A DNA stretch of 64,000 nt from a virus (IMGVR_UViG_3300012007_000007:35434-99433); one strand, 5' to 3'. Shown: positions 19,741 through 29,228, numbered from the stretch's first letter. Numbers and translations are program-made. The notes: generated from the letters alone by a model not told the origin.

Positions 19741-20091
19741 CTACTTGTTAAGTTCTGCAATAACATCATCTTCGAGCTGGTTGATGGCCACGACATCCTC
19801 ATCTTCCAAGATAAGTCTAGACAAGAAATGCACATCGAACCCGGAGGCCATGTCATATTTCTTGTACTTATCCGGATGAACTTGGGAGTCCCGCATCGCA
19901 AGAATACCGACGGCACACTTATTAGCCTCCTTATGGCCAGTCGGAAAGTATTTCGCAACATACTGGATATACCCGTCGTAGTCCTTTACCAGCTGGGAAG
20001 CCATCCACATCGCGTTCGTGTCCTTGCACAAACGGCTGCAGATTAAGGATTTCACTTCGGCTTTGAATGCTGCCAAGTCTAAATTGCTCAT
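19741..20091 (-). CDS. hypothetical protein, paralog of 15502..15858
   Basis: protein and DNA similarity. Confidence 0.7.
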   Translation of the reverse strand: MSNLDLAAFKAEVKSLICSRLCKDTNAMWMASQLVKDYDGYIQYVAKYFPTGHKEANKCAVGILAMRDSQVHPDKYKKYDMASGFDVHFLSRLILEDEDVVAINQLEDDVIAELNK

Positions 20092-20357
20092 TGTCTTTTT
20101 TCCTTTATATGCAAAAGTTCTTTCAATATGTCTGGTTTAACGGCAACTACATCAGTGATGGATTCAATCCCGTGTGCATCAATCATTCGTCTAGCTACAA
20201 CCGAGTCATTGATTATTTTTGCTTTCAAATCATTTAGATGAGCCTCACACACCCAGTGCTCTATTCCACTATATGTAAACCCTCTAATGAGTCGTACCGA
20301 GTGAGAATCACAATAGCAACAATGCTGTTGATGACCAATTTTACGTTTTGAGAACAT
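20088..20357 (-). CDS. small Cys-containing hypothetical protein
   Basis: CCYC...WVCEAH. Confidence 0.55.
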   Translation of the reverse strand: MFSKRKIGHQQHCCYCDSHSVRLIRGFTYSGIEHWVCEAHLNDLKAKIINDSVVARRMIDAHGIESITDVVAVKPDILKELLHIKEKRQ

Positions 20358-20382
20358 AACACAACTCCTTTATCTAGCCGAT

Positions 20383-21000
20383 TCACTTCTTCACTTCCGG
20401 CCACGGAATCCACGCCAGCGCTTTCCACTGTTCCATGTCGAACTTGTAGCCGTGCACGTCGGTGAAGCCGGTTCCGTCGAAGTTTATTCTCAGTGGCGAC
20501 GGGCATGCCTCAAAGATAAACACGTAGTCACCGGGGCCGGCCACCTTCTTCCATTCGTCCAGTCCGGGGAAAGCGTACCAGGTAGGACGGATGTTCAGCT
20601 TGATTTCGAGGGCAACCTTCTCGGCATAAAGTTTGTTCTCGCGTTCAAGTGCCGCATCCAGTTTCCTCTCACAGATTTCTAACCGCTTTTCCGCAGATAC
20701 CGTGTTCTCCTGGTCATATTCGTCCAGCTCGGACGCCATCGGGCCCCACGGATTGCTGTCCGCTGTATAACCTACTAGGACGCTGTCGCGGTCATCACCC
20801 GGGAAGGCGATGAGGAACCCCTCCATATCGCCGGATTTGTATGCCTCCAGTGAGAACGCGATTGTTCCGAGCCACGTATCCGTGACATCGATTTCCTTGA
20901 CCCCGTCCCTTTCCACCACGGACGACGCATAGCGGTCCTCGTAGCCTTCCTCGATAAGGAAGTCGAACGAGTCCTTGATTTCTTCCATTGTACACGTCAT
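20383..21000 (-). CDS. hypothetical protein with C-terminal DUF551-like AWxPxP motif
   Basis: WKALAWIPWPE. Confidence 0.55.
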   Translation of the reverse strand: MTCTMEEIKDSFDFLIEEGYEDRYASSVVERDGVKEIDVTDTWLGTIAFSLEAYKSGDMEGFLIAFPGDDRDSVLVGYTADSNPWGPMASELDEYDQENTVSAEKRLEICERKLDAALERENKLYAEKVALEIKLNIRPTWYAFPGLDEWKKVAGPGDYVFIFEACPSPLRINFDGTGFTDVHGYKFDMEQWKALAWIPWPEVKK

Positions 21001-21058
21001 AACCTATCCTTTCAAGAACATGTCGGTAAGAATTTCCATCGTATCTCCGTTATCTGGG

Positions 21059-21604
21059 TTAGTGCAAATTTTCAAGTTGGGATTTCAGCCGACGAAGCAA
21101 ATCGTCGAGCGTGTGGAAATTTTGTGGGGACATGGTGGTAACATCGCCGCAGCACAGGATATTGTACATGCCCTTGTTACGAAACAGCGGCTTGCTCTTG
21201 TTGACCCATACTGCACGGCCGTCTCCGAGTCCGAACATGTAGTCATCGCGCGAACGGTCATCCTTCTCACACTGCTTTTCGCTCGCGTCGGGGAAAATGC
21301 CGGTAACCGTCTCCCGGACCTGCTGGATTTCACTCTGGTCGAATTCTACCTGGCGGCACAACTTTTCGTACTGGCGCCCAAGTATCAGATATCCGTCAAG
21401 CTTATCGTCCGGAATTCCCTTGAGCTGTTCTATTACCGTATCCAGCATGTCTGCGTCGTATTTATCGGGTTCATCCTCGACAAGCTTCCTTGCCGAGGAA
21501 ATCGCGTCCTCACGCAGTTTCGCGATACGCTCTCGTTCCTGTTTCGCCGTACGCGGCCCGTCCAGGCCGATTGCCACAATTTCGTCATCATTGTCTTTGC
21601 TCAT
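21059..21604 (-). CDS. hypothetical protein
   Basis: GGGAG RBS, MSKDND start; promoter at 21640. Confidence 0.6.
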   Translation of the reverse strand: MSKDNDDEIVAIGLDGPRTAKQERERIAKLREDAISSARKLVEDEPDKYDADMLDTVIEQLKGIPDDKLDGYLILGRQYEKLCRQVEFDQSEIQQVRETVTGIFPDASEKQCEKDDRSRDDYMFGLGDGRAVWVNKSKPLFRNKGMYNILCCGDVTTMSPQNFHTLDDLLRRLKSQLENLH

Positions 21605-21660
21605 AATTTTCTCCCAAAATGGTTGCATGGCTTCTATACCAAATATAGCAAATCCAGTAG

Positions 21661-21933
21661 TTATGGCCATTCATCCGGCGCAAATCGGTCGGAGAATGAC
21701 TTGTAGTAGTGCCATCGGGCACGCTCGGCATCGATAACCTTCTTGGCCCGTTCCTCGGTTGAGAACTTGGTTATTCTGCCGTCATAGTTTTCCACTGAAC
21801 CGGTGAGCCTTCCTTCGACGTAGCGTTTAAGCATCTTATTCCATACAAGCGGCCTGGTGGCTGCTATCAATGGGCCTGCTTTCAGAATAATGTGCCGACG
21901 GATATCTTTATTTAATGATGGCGCCGTAATCAT
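21661..21933 (-). CDS. hypothetical protein
   Basis: AAGGAG RBS; promoter at 21985. Confidence 0.55.
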   Translation of the reverse strand: MITAPSLNKDIRRHIILKAGPLIAATRPLVWNKMLKRYVEGRLTGSVENYDGRITKFSTEERAKKVIDAERARWHYYKSFSDRFAPDEWP

Positions 21934-22281
21934 TTACCTATCCTCCTTAGTCCGGAATCGCTGTTTCATAATACCTCTCTGGTTCAAATATAGCAAATTC
22001 CGCCGCCTGGGGACTAGCAGTCGGATATCTTGAAGTTGGTTATACTGGCGATACCGCCGTGCTTCCGCTGTTCCCGGTCGATTTCCCGTTCGGATAGCTG
22101 GACGGCCAGGTTGAACAGACGCATTATCTCGAACAGATGTCCGTTCTTCCTGACCATTGCGCCTAGCCAGTCCGCACTCGATAGCACGGTCGCCACGAAC
22201 TTCTTGAATCCATCATCGCCGAGTACTCGAGTTACCGTGGCCAGCATGTGTTTAGCATGTTTGAATACATAGTACCGTTGG

Positions 22282-24264
22282 CAAAAATCTAACAAAATCT
22301 ACAAGTAGTAGACAATTGCTGATTTTCTATGGCTTGTTTAAACAAACCATCGCAACGGCATTTTTCCAGACACTTCTTCACCTTCCACCTAGGAAGGAGT
22401 CCTTTCGGAATGAAGTACCTGTATTCGCTATCCCCTGCTTGAACTAGCAAGTTCCCTCTTAACACGGTCGAGGTAAGGCGAAATTTAATGTTCTTCGAGC
22501 TGTGGGTGTCGGCATTCTCGGAATGTCCGCACTCAATACAGCAAAATTCTTCTTGGGTCTGACGATTGCGGTCGTCAATGCAACCGCAATGTCCACACAT
22601 CTTCGATGTGTATTCGGCTTGCACAAGCGAAACTAACAGCCCGTAATGAGGTGCAATATGGATGAACTCGTCCTTCAAGGACGATAGTCCAGTCCGCAGA
22701 TGCAACCTACCTAGATTAAATCCGTTTGAGTCATTAGCATGGAGCCTACTTCCTTTGAAGCCGTTAAGGTTCTCCATTGCGATGTGCTTAATCCCCTTAG
22801 CAGCAAAGGACTTACAAAGCAGAACGATGGTTCGCCTGTTAGATTCGTTCAGCTTTAAGGTGATTGCATCAATGCGAGCCTTGTCCTTCTTGGAAATCTT
22901 GAATGCATCATGTTCTTCATCCTTGTCAAACCTGGCATTGTAGTTCTTCTGCTTCCGGTCTATCTTGAGCAGTTCGGTTTCTAGGTCAGTTATCAAGGCA
23001 TCGTCGTTCGGAATGAACTCCCCTGTGCTCAATGCGAACATGTTGTGCTTGGAATTGATATCTATGCCGACGGTATTCTCTTCGGTTATCTCATCGTCAT
23101 TCTTGTAACGATAGCCGTCCCTAGCGAGACCTACATGGATGTCCTTGCCCCTAACAACCATCGTATAGGATGTATCCGTTCCGTTGCAGTATCGGTTCAG
23201 CGAGCGATGGTATGCCTTGTTGTACTTGAACGGCATACACAGGGTATTTGGACTATCGCCACGGTAGCCTTGGTTGTACCAATCCCAAGAAACCTCGATG
23301 AAATAATCGAACTTGCCAGTCTCATTCCTTCTAGCATCCACGATAGGACGCTTGATACGGCTACGACCACTGAATGTAAGTGATTCGAAGGTAATCTTTC
23401 CACGCTTCTCGTATTCGGCAAATACGGTGGTTCTCCTAGATAGAGCCAACCTCATAAGGCGTTCAAAGCCGAACTTCTTAATCTTCTCCAAGATGACTCG
23501 GTAGAACTTCTGCTTGGATTCTATCACGGTAGGAATTACTGATTCCAGCCAGTAAACGGTTTCATCCTTGCCGTATCGAGCAAGCCAAGTCAATACCTTC
23601 GTAAGTTCGGTTTTCTTGGTATGACTTTCTATAGACTTCAATTCGCCTTTCTTATGCCCATGCGAATTTATCTTATAGAACGATGGAACAAGTTCTTCAA
23701 CCTTGACGAACTCTATCTTTTTCCGAATGGCTTCGAACCGGAGCTGATAGGCTCGCCACACATCCTCGATTGCCTTCTTCAAATAATGACTCGATAACCG
23801 AGTATTAAAGGTAGGATTGAAGAAGTTGAACGCTTCGAACTTCGTCATGTCCTGGAAGCCGAGCATAACCGAGAAGAACACTTCGGATATGTCGTTCCTT
23901 ACGGCACGGATTTCCTCTGCACGATGGATGATTTCGGCTCGCTTGGTGTCGGACATCATAATCGGATAGAACGCAGCGGAGAACTGCGACTCAAACCTAT
24001 TGCTTAATGTCCAACAATGCTTGCTCATACAATACAAAAATGGCTCGTAAGGAACTAAGTGTCGAGTTCAATTCCAAACGAGCCATCATAAATGGTTTCC
24101 GCTCAGTCCAATGAAGAACTCGACTAATTCATTGAACCTCTATACATCAAGTTTATAACAATGTACAAAATTTTATGCCGATTTTCAAACTATTTTTCAA
24201 AGAAAATGCTAGTAGAATTTGGTAGATTTTGCTAAATTTAGATAGATTTTATGCTAACTGTTGG
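22282..24264 (-). mobile_element. IS607-like non-autonomous element carrying a large TnpB
   Basis: GTTGG at both junctions (GG core); AAAATCTA-type ~10-bp repeats at both ends, inverted relative to each other; no serine recombinase. Confidence 0.7.
22289..24037 (-). CDS. tnpB: large (582 aa) TnpB-family nuclease
   Basis: VGIDIN, IAMENL, CGHCG...CIECG, NADTHSSKN. Confidence 0.85.
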   Translation of the reverse strand: MYCMSKHCWTLSNRFESQFSAAFYPIMMSDTKRAEIIHRAEEIRAVRNDISEVFFSVMLGFQDMTKFEAFNFFNPTFNTRLSSHYLKKAIEDVWRAYQLRFEAIRKKIEFVKVEELVPSFYKINSHGHKKGELKSIESHTKKTELTKVLTWLARYGKDETVYWLESVIPTVIESKQKFYRVILEKIKKFGFERLMRLALSRRTTVFAEYEKRGKITFESLTFSGRSRIKRPIVDARRNETGKFDYFIEVSWDWYNQGYRGDSPNTLCMPFKYNKAYHRSLNRYCNGTDTSYTMVVRGKDIHVGLARDGYRYKNDDEITEENTVGIDINSKHNMFALSTGEFIPNDDALITDLETELLKIDRKQKNYNARFDKDEEHDAFKISKKDKARIDAITLKLNESNRRTIVLLCKSFAAKGIKHIAMENLNGFKGSRLHANDSNGFNLGRLHLRTGLSSLKDEFIHIAPHYGLLVSLVQAEYTSKMCGHCGCIDDRNRQTQEEFCCIECGHSENADTHSSKNIKFRLTSTVLRGNLLVQAGDSEYRYFIPKGLLPRWKVKKCLEKCRCDGLFKQAIENQQLSTTCRFC

Positions 24265-24459
24265 CGACCCTTTACAGTCGACTGCGTAGCCGTTCTTTAG
24301 AAACTCATCATAGTCGAACTTGGACATGTACATGTACCGTGCATGCCCTATTCTCTTGTTGCGCTTTGGCTCGATGACGATGCTGCTCATGCCGAAGGCG
24401 TAGCCGTACGTGTCAATGATAATCGCCTTGCATTTGGATAGTTTCCACTTCTTGGTCAT
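24238..24459 (-). CDS. hypothetical protein; last codons supplied by the IS end
   Basis: empty-site reconstruction gives ...KGSPTVLCIQTC-stop. Confidence 0.5.
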   Translation of the reverse strand: MTKKWKLSKCKAIIIDTYGYAFGMSSIVIEPKRNKRIGHARYMYMSKFDYDEFLKNGYAVDCKGSPTVSIKSI

Positions 24460-24489
24460 ACTTCTGTCCTTCAATCAGTCATGTAATGT

Positions 24490-25386
24490 TTAAGGTCCAA
24501 TTCTACCCGGAAAATCCCGTATCAGGACGGATTCGTCCGACCAACCACCGGTCAAGCGTCCGTCGGCATGGAGTACGAAGTTACGGATGTACCCGCCTTC
24601 CGTTTCCAGCCGTTGTTCCAGGGCGCCACCCACCTCACGGTATTCGACTTTAACGCCGGAAACGTTTCCGTACACGCACCTGCACTTGGTCGATTCCTTG
24701 CGTCCGCCCAGCAGGTCTCTGAACATGCCAGCGAGCACGGGGTCCGGCGTGGAAAAATAATCCGACCTGAACAGGATGCTTGAAATACCGGCATCTGCGG
24801 CAGCCTGGATATATCTGTTTACAAAGTACGCATCCGCACCCGGATACAGTGTACAGTTCAGCCGAAATTCCAGAGGCTTGTCACCGAACAAACCGAATAT
24901 ACCAGTTATTTCGTCCAGTCCGGGAATTTTTCTGTCCCCAAAGATGTGCCGGTTTGCCTCGTCGTCGTAATGATGCCGGCTGACATTCAGGTATTTCAGC
25001 TTAGAAAGCGTATCGAGCATAACGAAATTCTTGGCCAGGTACCTTCCGTTCGTGGTGAGCGCGTAATAGTCCACACCGCTCTCATCCAGTTCACTGAACA
25101 GGCGCGATAGCGTAATGTGGTCACCGACGATGAGCGGTTCCCCGCCGGTAATTGAAACCCGGTCAATCGCCCCGGCAGCTACCAGCTCGTCCAGACATGC
25201 CTTCAGGATATCTGGGGAAAGGACGCCTGCACCTCGGCTCGATGAACAGAACGGGCAATGCGCATTGCAGATGTTCGTGAATTCCACGTACAGCGTGCGC
25301 CGATTTGAAACCGTCGAGCAGCATGCGCCCGAATACACGCGATATTCCTTCCCGAATATAGATAATGTTCTCGTTTGCAAATCCAT
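24490..25386 (-). CDS. radical SAM protein, likely leaderless
   Basis: CNAHCPFC (CxxxCxxC), SITGGEP, TTNG; ATG 4 nt after TATATTTG. Confidence 0.85.
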   Translation of the reverse strand: MDLQTRTLSIFGKEYRVYSGACCSTVSNRRTLYVEFTNICNAHCPFCSSSRGAGVLSPDILKACLDELVAAGAIDRVSITGGEPLIVGDHITLSRLFSELDESGVDYYALTTNGRYLAKNFVMLDTLSKLKYLNVSRHHYDDEANRHIFGDRKIPGLDEITGIFGLFGDKPLEFRLNCTLYPGADAYFVNRYIQAAADAGISSILFRSDYFSTPDPVLAGMFRDLLGGRKESTKCRCVYGNVSGVKVEYREVGGALEQRLETEGGYIRNFVLHADGRLTGGWSDESVLIRDFPGRIGP

Positions 25387-25542
25387 GCCACAAATATAGC
25401 AAAAACACCGGTCGGCTACCGGTTCCTTCCCCTGGATAACCATATAAATGCCACACAAATCCGTTCCCGTTTTCACAAAATAGAATCGATTTTGCAAAAA
25501 ATGATATAATTTATTGAACAGATAACACATACGAGGTGAAAA

Positions 25543-26616
25543 ATGTACAGAGGAATACAGAACGTGCGGTCGGCCGACGATGACATCCAGACAACACCGG
25601 CCCAGGAAGAGGAAATCAGGAAATGCAAGGAGTCCCCCGAATACTTCTTCAGGAACTACTGCTACATCCGCAATGCCAAACAGGGGCGACACCTGTTCCA
25701 GCCACGCCCACGGCAGGTCGCCGAACTGCCGGTGCTTTCGGGGGAGAAGCTGGTGAAGTCCGACTGGTACCGGCAATCCGGGTACACTACGCTCGTAATG
25801 GCCTTCATGCTATGGAAGGCGATGTTCACTCCACGGACATCATGCCTGTACATGGTACCCAAGAAAGAGCTGGCATATGAGAACTTCGACGAGAAGGTAC
25901 GAAAAATGTACCTTGGACTGCCGCTGTGGCTCCAGACCGGCATAAAGGAATGGACCGAGAAGGGGATACAGTTCGCCAACGGGAGCATATACTACGCCAG
26001 GGCCGCATCGGCGGGAAATGCCCCGGGAATCGGCTGGGACTACATCTTCATAGACGAGTTCGGGTGGATTAAGGACAAGGCGATGCTCGAGATAGTGAAC
26101 ACGGTGTTTCCCGTAGTCCACTATTCCAAGAATAAGCACCTGATACTCGGGCAGAGCCACCGCTTCGGCAGGCAGACCCCGGCAAACCTGATGTTCTGGA
26201 AGAATACGACCATGCCGTTCCACGTGTCCGAGTTCACGTGGGACCAGGACGAGCGGCTGGACAAAAAGTGGGCCGATGCTGAAGTCATGCGTATCGGGAA
26301 AGCCAGGTTCGACCACGAGTATGGCGGGGTAATTACCTTGTCCGACCCCGGACTCGAGCCGCCGGAAAGGTTCGGACAGTGGACCGTCTGGAAGGAAGGC
26401 CTGCACCCGAATGTAAAGGAGCAGCAGTCCGCCGAATACCTGTGCGCGGTCGCCGTAATTGACCGGGTCACCGGATTGCCGGTCGGCAAGCCGTTCCGGA
26501 AAGTGTTACCGGTAGACGGTAACGGGGGTTTCAACGGCTTGATAGCCAATGACGAGGTCTACCAGACGGTCGTCGCCTGGATGCCGTTGCCGGAACTTCC
26601 CGTTTTCCACCGGTAG
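25543..26616 (+). CDS. degenerate T4 gp17-like terminase ATPase domain without nuclease domain; DUF551-like tail
   Basis: CKESPEYFFRNYCYI, RQSGYTT (Walker A Lys to Tyr), LPLWLQ, FANGS, IFIDEF; ends VVAWMPLPE. Confidence 0.75.
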   Translation: MYRGIQNVRSADDDIQTTPAQEEEIRKCKESPEYFFRNYCYIRNAKQGRHLFQPRPRQVAELPVLSGEKLVKSDWYRQSGYTTLVMAFMLWKAMFTPRTSCLYMVPKKELAYENFDEKVRKMYLGLPLWLQTGIKEWTEKGIQFANGSIYYARAASAGNAPGIGWDYIFIDEFGWIKDKAMLEIVNTVFPVVHYSKNKHLILGQSHRFGRQTPANLMFWKNTTMPFHVSEFTWDQDERLDKKWADAEVMRIGKARFDHEYGGVITLSDPGLEPPERFGQWTVWKEGLHPNVKEQQSAEYLCAVAVIDRVTGLPVGKPFRKVLPVDGNGGFNGLIANDEVYQTVVAWMPLPELPVFHR

Positions 26617-26631
26617 ACTCCCGCTGACTAT

Positions 26632-26644
26632 TTTGCTATATTTG
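26632..26644 (+). promoter_or_regulatory. TAnnTTTG-type promoter driving array 1 (identical copy at 28395..28407 drives array 2)
   Basis: TTTGCTATATTTG, the motif that recurs upstream of operons across the window. Confidence 0.75.
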
Positions 26645-26648
26645 AGGT

Positions 26649-26759
26649 ATCGACACCGGAAAAAATGAGCGAACCCCGGAATAACCGGCAACCATAGTGC
26701 ATTTTTCTGGTGTCGTGCCACAACCAAGCCCTTGTGGTTCAACGAGTTACCGGAAGTAC
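26649..26759 (+). ncRNA. putative structured leader RNA, copy 1
   Basis: starts at the predicted TSS; stem ATCGACACCGGAAAAAATG/CATTTTTCTGGTGTCG; hairpin CCACAA/TTGTGG. Confidence 0.5.
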
Positions 26760-27520
26760 GGTTTAACGGGGCTCCCAAAGCGAGGAATTAAAACTTGAGT
26801 TACTAGAAGGTGGATTTCATGGAAAACAGTCTGTCGATGCAGTGGTTTACCGGTGCTTCCAAAAGCAGGTTTATGACGTTGCAAGATAAAATCAATCAGT
26901 TTGGCTTGCTGAAAAGAGATTGGAATGGCTACGATGCCGCTCCTATTCCATCTTCTGTTTTAGATGACGCGAAGCTGTTTTTGCAAAGCCTTAGAGATGG
27001 CAACATAGACCTCAATGGATGGGAAGTTTTCCCGACTGCTAGAGAGACGATTCAGTTTGAAAAGACTGTTGGCGAAAATTACATCGAAATAGAAGTTTGT
27101 TCGAACGGACGGTTGACTTATTACTCAGAAGGTCATGAAAACCTAGAAATAGAATCTATCGGTATGAAAGAAGTGATTGAGAAAATTTCGGATGTCTTTG
27201 GATAAAAGAGATTTGTCGGTTTAACGGGGCTCCCAAAGCGAGGAATTAAAACAAAAAATGACCGAACTGAAAGCACACAGAATAATAGGCCTGAATGAAG
27301 AATGTGCTAGTGTTGACAATGATTACTACCTCAAGTCCGAAGCCGACAAGGTGATTGCGGAAAAGGACAAGGAGATTCAAAGGCTTGAAAACTTATGTGA
27401 ATCGTATAGAATAGATTGCGATAATCTTGCTATTCGTGAAGCAAACGCTTGTAAAGAGATTGAACGAGACAACAAGCAACTCCGTGGTTTAACGGGGCTC
27501 CCAAAGCGAGGAATTAAAAC
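26760..27520 (+). CRISPR. CRISPR-like array 1: 35-nt repeats at 26760, 27218, 27486 and a degenerate copy at 26844; gene-sized spacers; no cas genes seen
   Basis: three identical GGTTTAACGGGGCTCCCAAAGCGAGGAATTAAAAC copies after a leader. Confidence 0.5.
26873..27205 (+). CDS. hypothetical protein inside an array segment
   Basis: MTLQDKINQF...WNGYDAAPI. Confidence 0.6.
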   Translation: MTLQDKINQFGLLKRDWNGYDAAPIPSSVLDDAKLFLQSLRDGNIDLNGWEVFPTARETIQFEKTVGENYIEIEVCSNGRLTYYSEGHENLEIESIGMKEVIEKISDVFG

Positions 27521-27536
27521 CCTGTGCATGGATTGA
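27258..27536 (+). pseudogene. phage coiled-coil protein (YLKSEADKVIAEKD type) running into repeat 27486
   Basis: last codons GLTGLPKRGIKT are the repeat itself. Confidence 0.55.
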
Positions 27537-27594
27537 GCCATTGCCCATACTGCAATCGCAGGCTGGTAAAGACACTGAAAGAAAACGACCATAA

Positions 27595-28056
27595 ATGAGG
27601 ATGGATATGTCCAGAATCTACGCAAACGAAGAAAACAGAGAACACCTCCGACAAAAACTCGGGGACCGAGGAGTCGAAATCTTCGACTACTTCAAAGACC
27701 ACGGCTTCGATTACATGGGGTTCTATACTGGATTCATCATTACACGGAATTGCGAATACTTAAAGGACCCTCCGTACGGATACATCATCTTCCCCAAGGG
27801 AATGCGCGACCCGCATGTAAGTGGATGCTTCGGATACATGTACAGAGTTCAGTGGGGCGTTGACCTTGACGGGAACGAAGACTTTATCCTCTATACTTCG
27901 TTTGCTCCGCAGGACGAAATGGTACCGAAGTACCTGCTGGGCAAGCTGGGCGACAAGGAATTGCAGCTTCTCGTATCGGAACGGGCGAAAGACATGTTCA
28001 AAACGTGGAAAAGGGTTCGAACAGTAGAAATGAAACGCCAGGACGTGACCATATAG
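27595..28056 (+). CDS. hypothetical protein inside an array segment
   Basis: 153 aa; ATGA-coupled to an upstream CPYC-containing gene fragment. Confidence 0.6.
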   Translation: MRMDMSRIYANEENREHLRQKLGDRGVEIFDYFKDHGFDYMGFYTGFIITRNCEYLKDPPYGYIIFPKGMRDPHVSGCFGYMYRVQWGVDLDGNEDFILYTSFAPQDEMVPKYLLGKLGDKELQLLVSERAKDMFKTWKRVRTVEMKRQDVTI

Positions 28057-28345
28057 GACAGATATTAACTCGAAATTTATAGGTCTTGTATTTTATGGAC
28101 GGAAAGCAATTCCTCAAAGAAGCCAAGGAAGCATGTTCGGAACACTACAAAGTGAAAAATGCAAAGAAAAAGTAAATTTATTTAATGCTTATGTATATTT
28201 TGGTCCAGGCTGGATTAGATGGGAGTCTCCAAAATGTAATTATGCACTGAATTATGAAAGAATTGGCATTAAACCGGCATGACATACGGCGACTGGATGT
28301 ATGATGAAGATGATGACGCACCATGCACACAATATCAGTAATCTA

Positions 28346-28558
28346 CCGTTGCCGGAACTTCCCGGTTTCCCCCGGTAAGCCACCGGTGGATATTTTTGCT
28401 ATATTTGAGGTATCGACACTGGAAAAAATGAGCAAACCCCGGAACAACTGGCAGCACTAGCACATTTTTTCTTGTGTCGTGCCGCAGCCAAGTACCTGTA
28501 GCTCAACGAGTTACCGGAAGTACGGTTTAACGGGGCTCCCAAAACGAGGAATTAAAAC
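28346..28558 (+). repeat. promoter-leader-repeat unit, copy 2
   Basis: homologous to 26584..26794. Confidence 0.9.
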
Positions 28559-28593
28559 GAACAGGTGAAGTATTGCAAGGAGCAAGGATACTT

Positions 28594-28815
28594 ATGATAA
28601 TCACGTTTAAGAAGACCATCGGAACTGCCGCCTATGACAGCGATGCCATCGTTAAAATGGAATTCAGCCCAAACTGCGGCATGGTAATCACCTATGCCGC
28701 ATCCGGTAAAGGTAACGCCGCGCCTGTCATCCAGGCCGACCGTCATTACATAACCGAAGCGGAATACGAGAAGGTTCTCGAACAATGGAAGAAATCGAAG
28801 GAGACCTCCAAATGA
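28594..28815 (+). CDS. hypothetical protein inside an array segment
   Basis: MIITFKK; ATGA-coupled to fragment EQVKYCKEQGYL. Confidence 0.6.
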   Translation: MIITFKKTIGTAAYDSDAIVKMEFSPNCGMVITYAASGKGNAAPVIQADRHYITEAEYEKVLEQWKKSKETSK

Positions 28816-29183
28816 TGAAGAAGGTACTTGACAAGGTGGAGGACCTGGTCATGTTCAAGGCGAAGCCCACCCCGTAACAGCAGGTCAAGGAACTCGACGA
28901 GCAAATCGAGGACCTGAAAAAGAAGCGCCAGCTCGTCCTTGACGGGGTGGAGAAGAAGTACGTGAGCAAGATGCTATCCCGCATAATGGGCCAGTGGGTC
29001 ATCGTGGGCGGGTGGAGCGATGACGACGAGCATCCGTTCCACGGGCAGCATTACACCATCTACAAGGTCGTGAAGGCCCTGCAGTGGGAAGGCGGGAACA
29101 GTTTCCGCATCATCGCGAAGCACATGATGTACCTGTCCGCCGAAGGATACCGGTTTAACGGCGCTTCCAACACGAGGAATTAA
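28812..29183 (+). pseudogene. gene with in-frame TAA at 28875, running into repeat 29152
   Basis: MMKKVLDK...KPTP-stop-QQVKELDEQ continues in frame into ORF 28947. Confidence 0.65.
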
Positions 29184-29228
29184 AACAATATGTCCATTGG
29201 TTCAACCGCTAATAAAGGAGCAGGGTAC

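Larger units (their letters stand above)
26584..26794 (+). repeat. ~210-bp promoter-leader-repeat unit, copy 1 (copy 2 at 28346..28558)
   Basis: direct alignment of the two copies by eye. Confidence 0.9.

Noticed and set aside
28212-28247. Possible further degenerate repeat GGATTAGATGGGAGTCTCCAAAATGTAATTATGCAC
   Set aside because: Needs several gaps to align; could be chance in AT-rich DNA.
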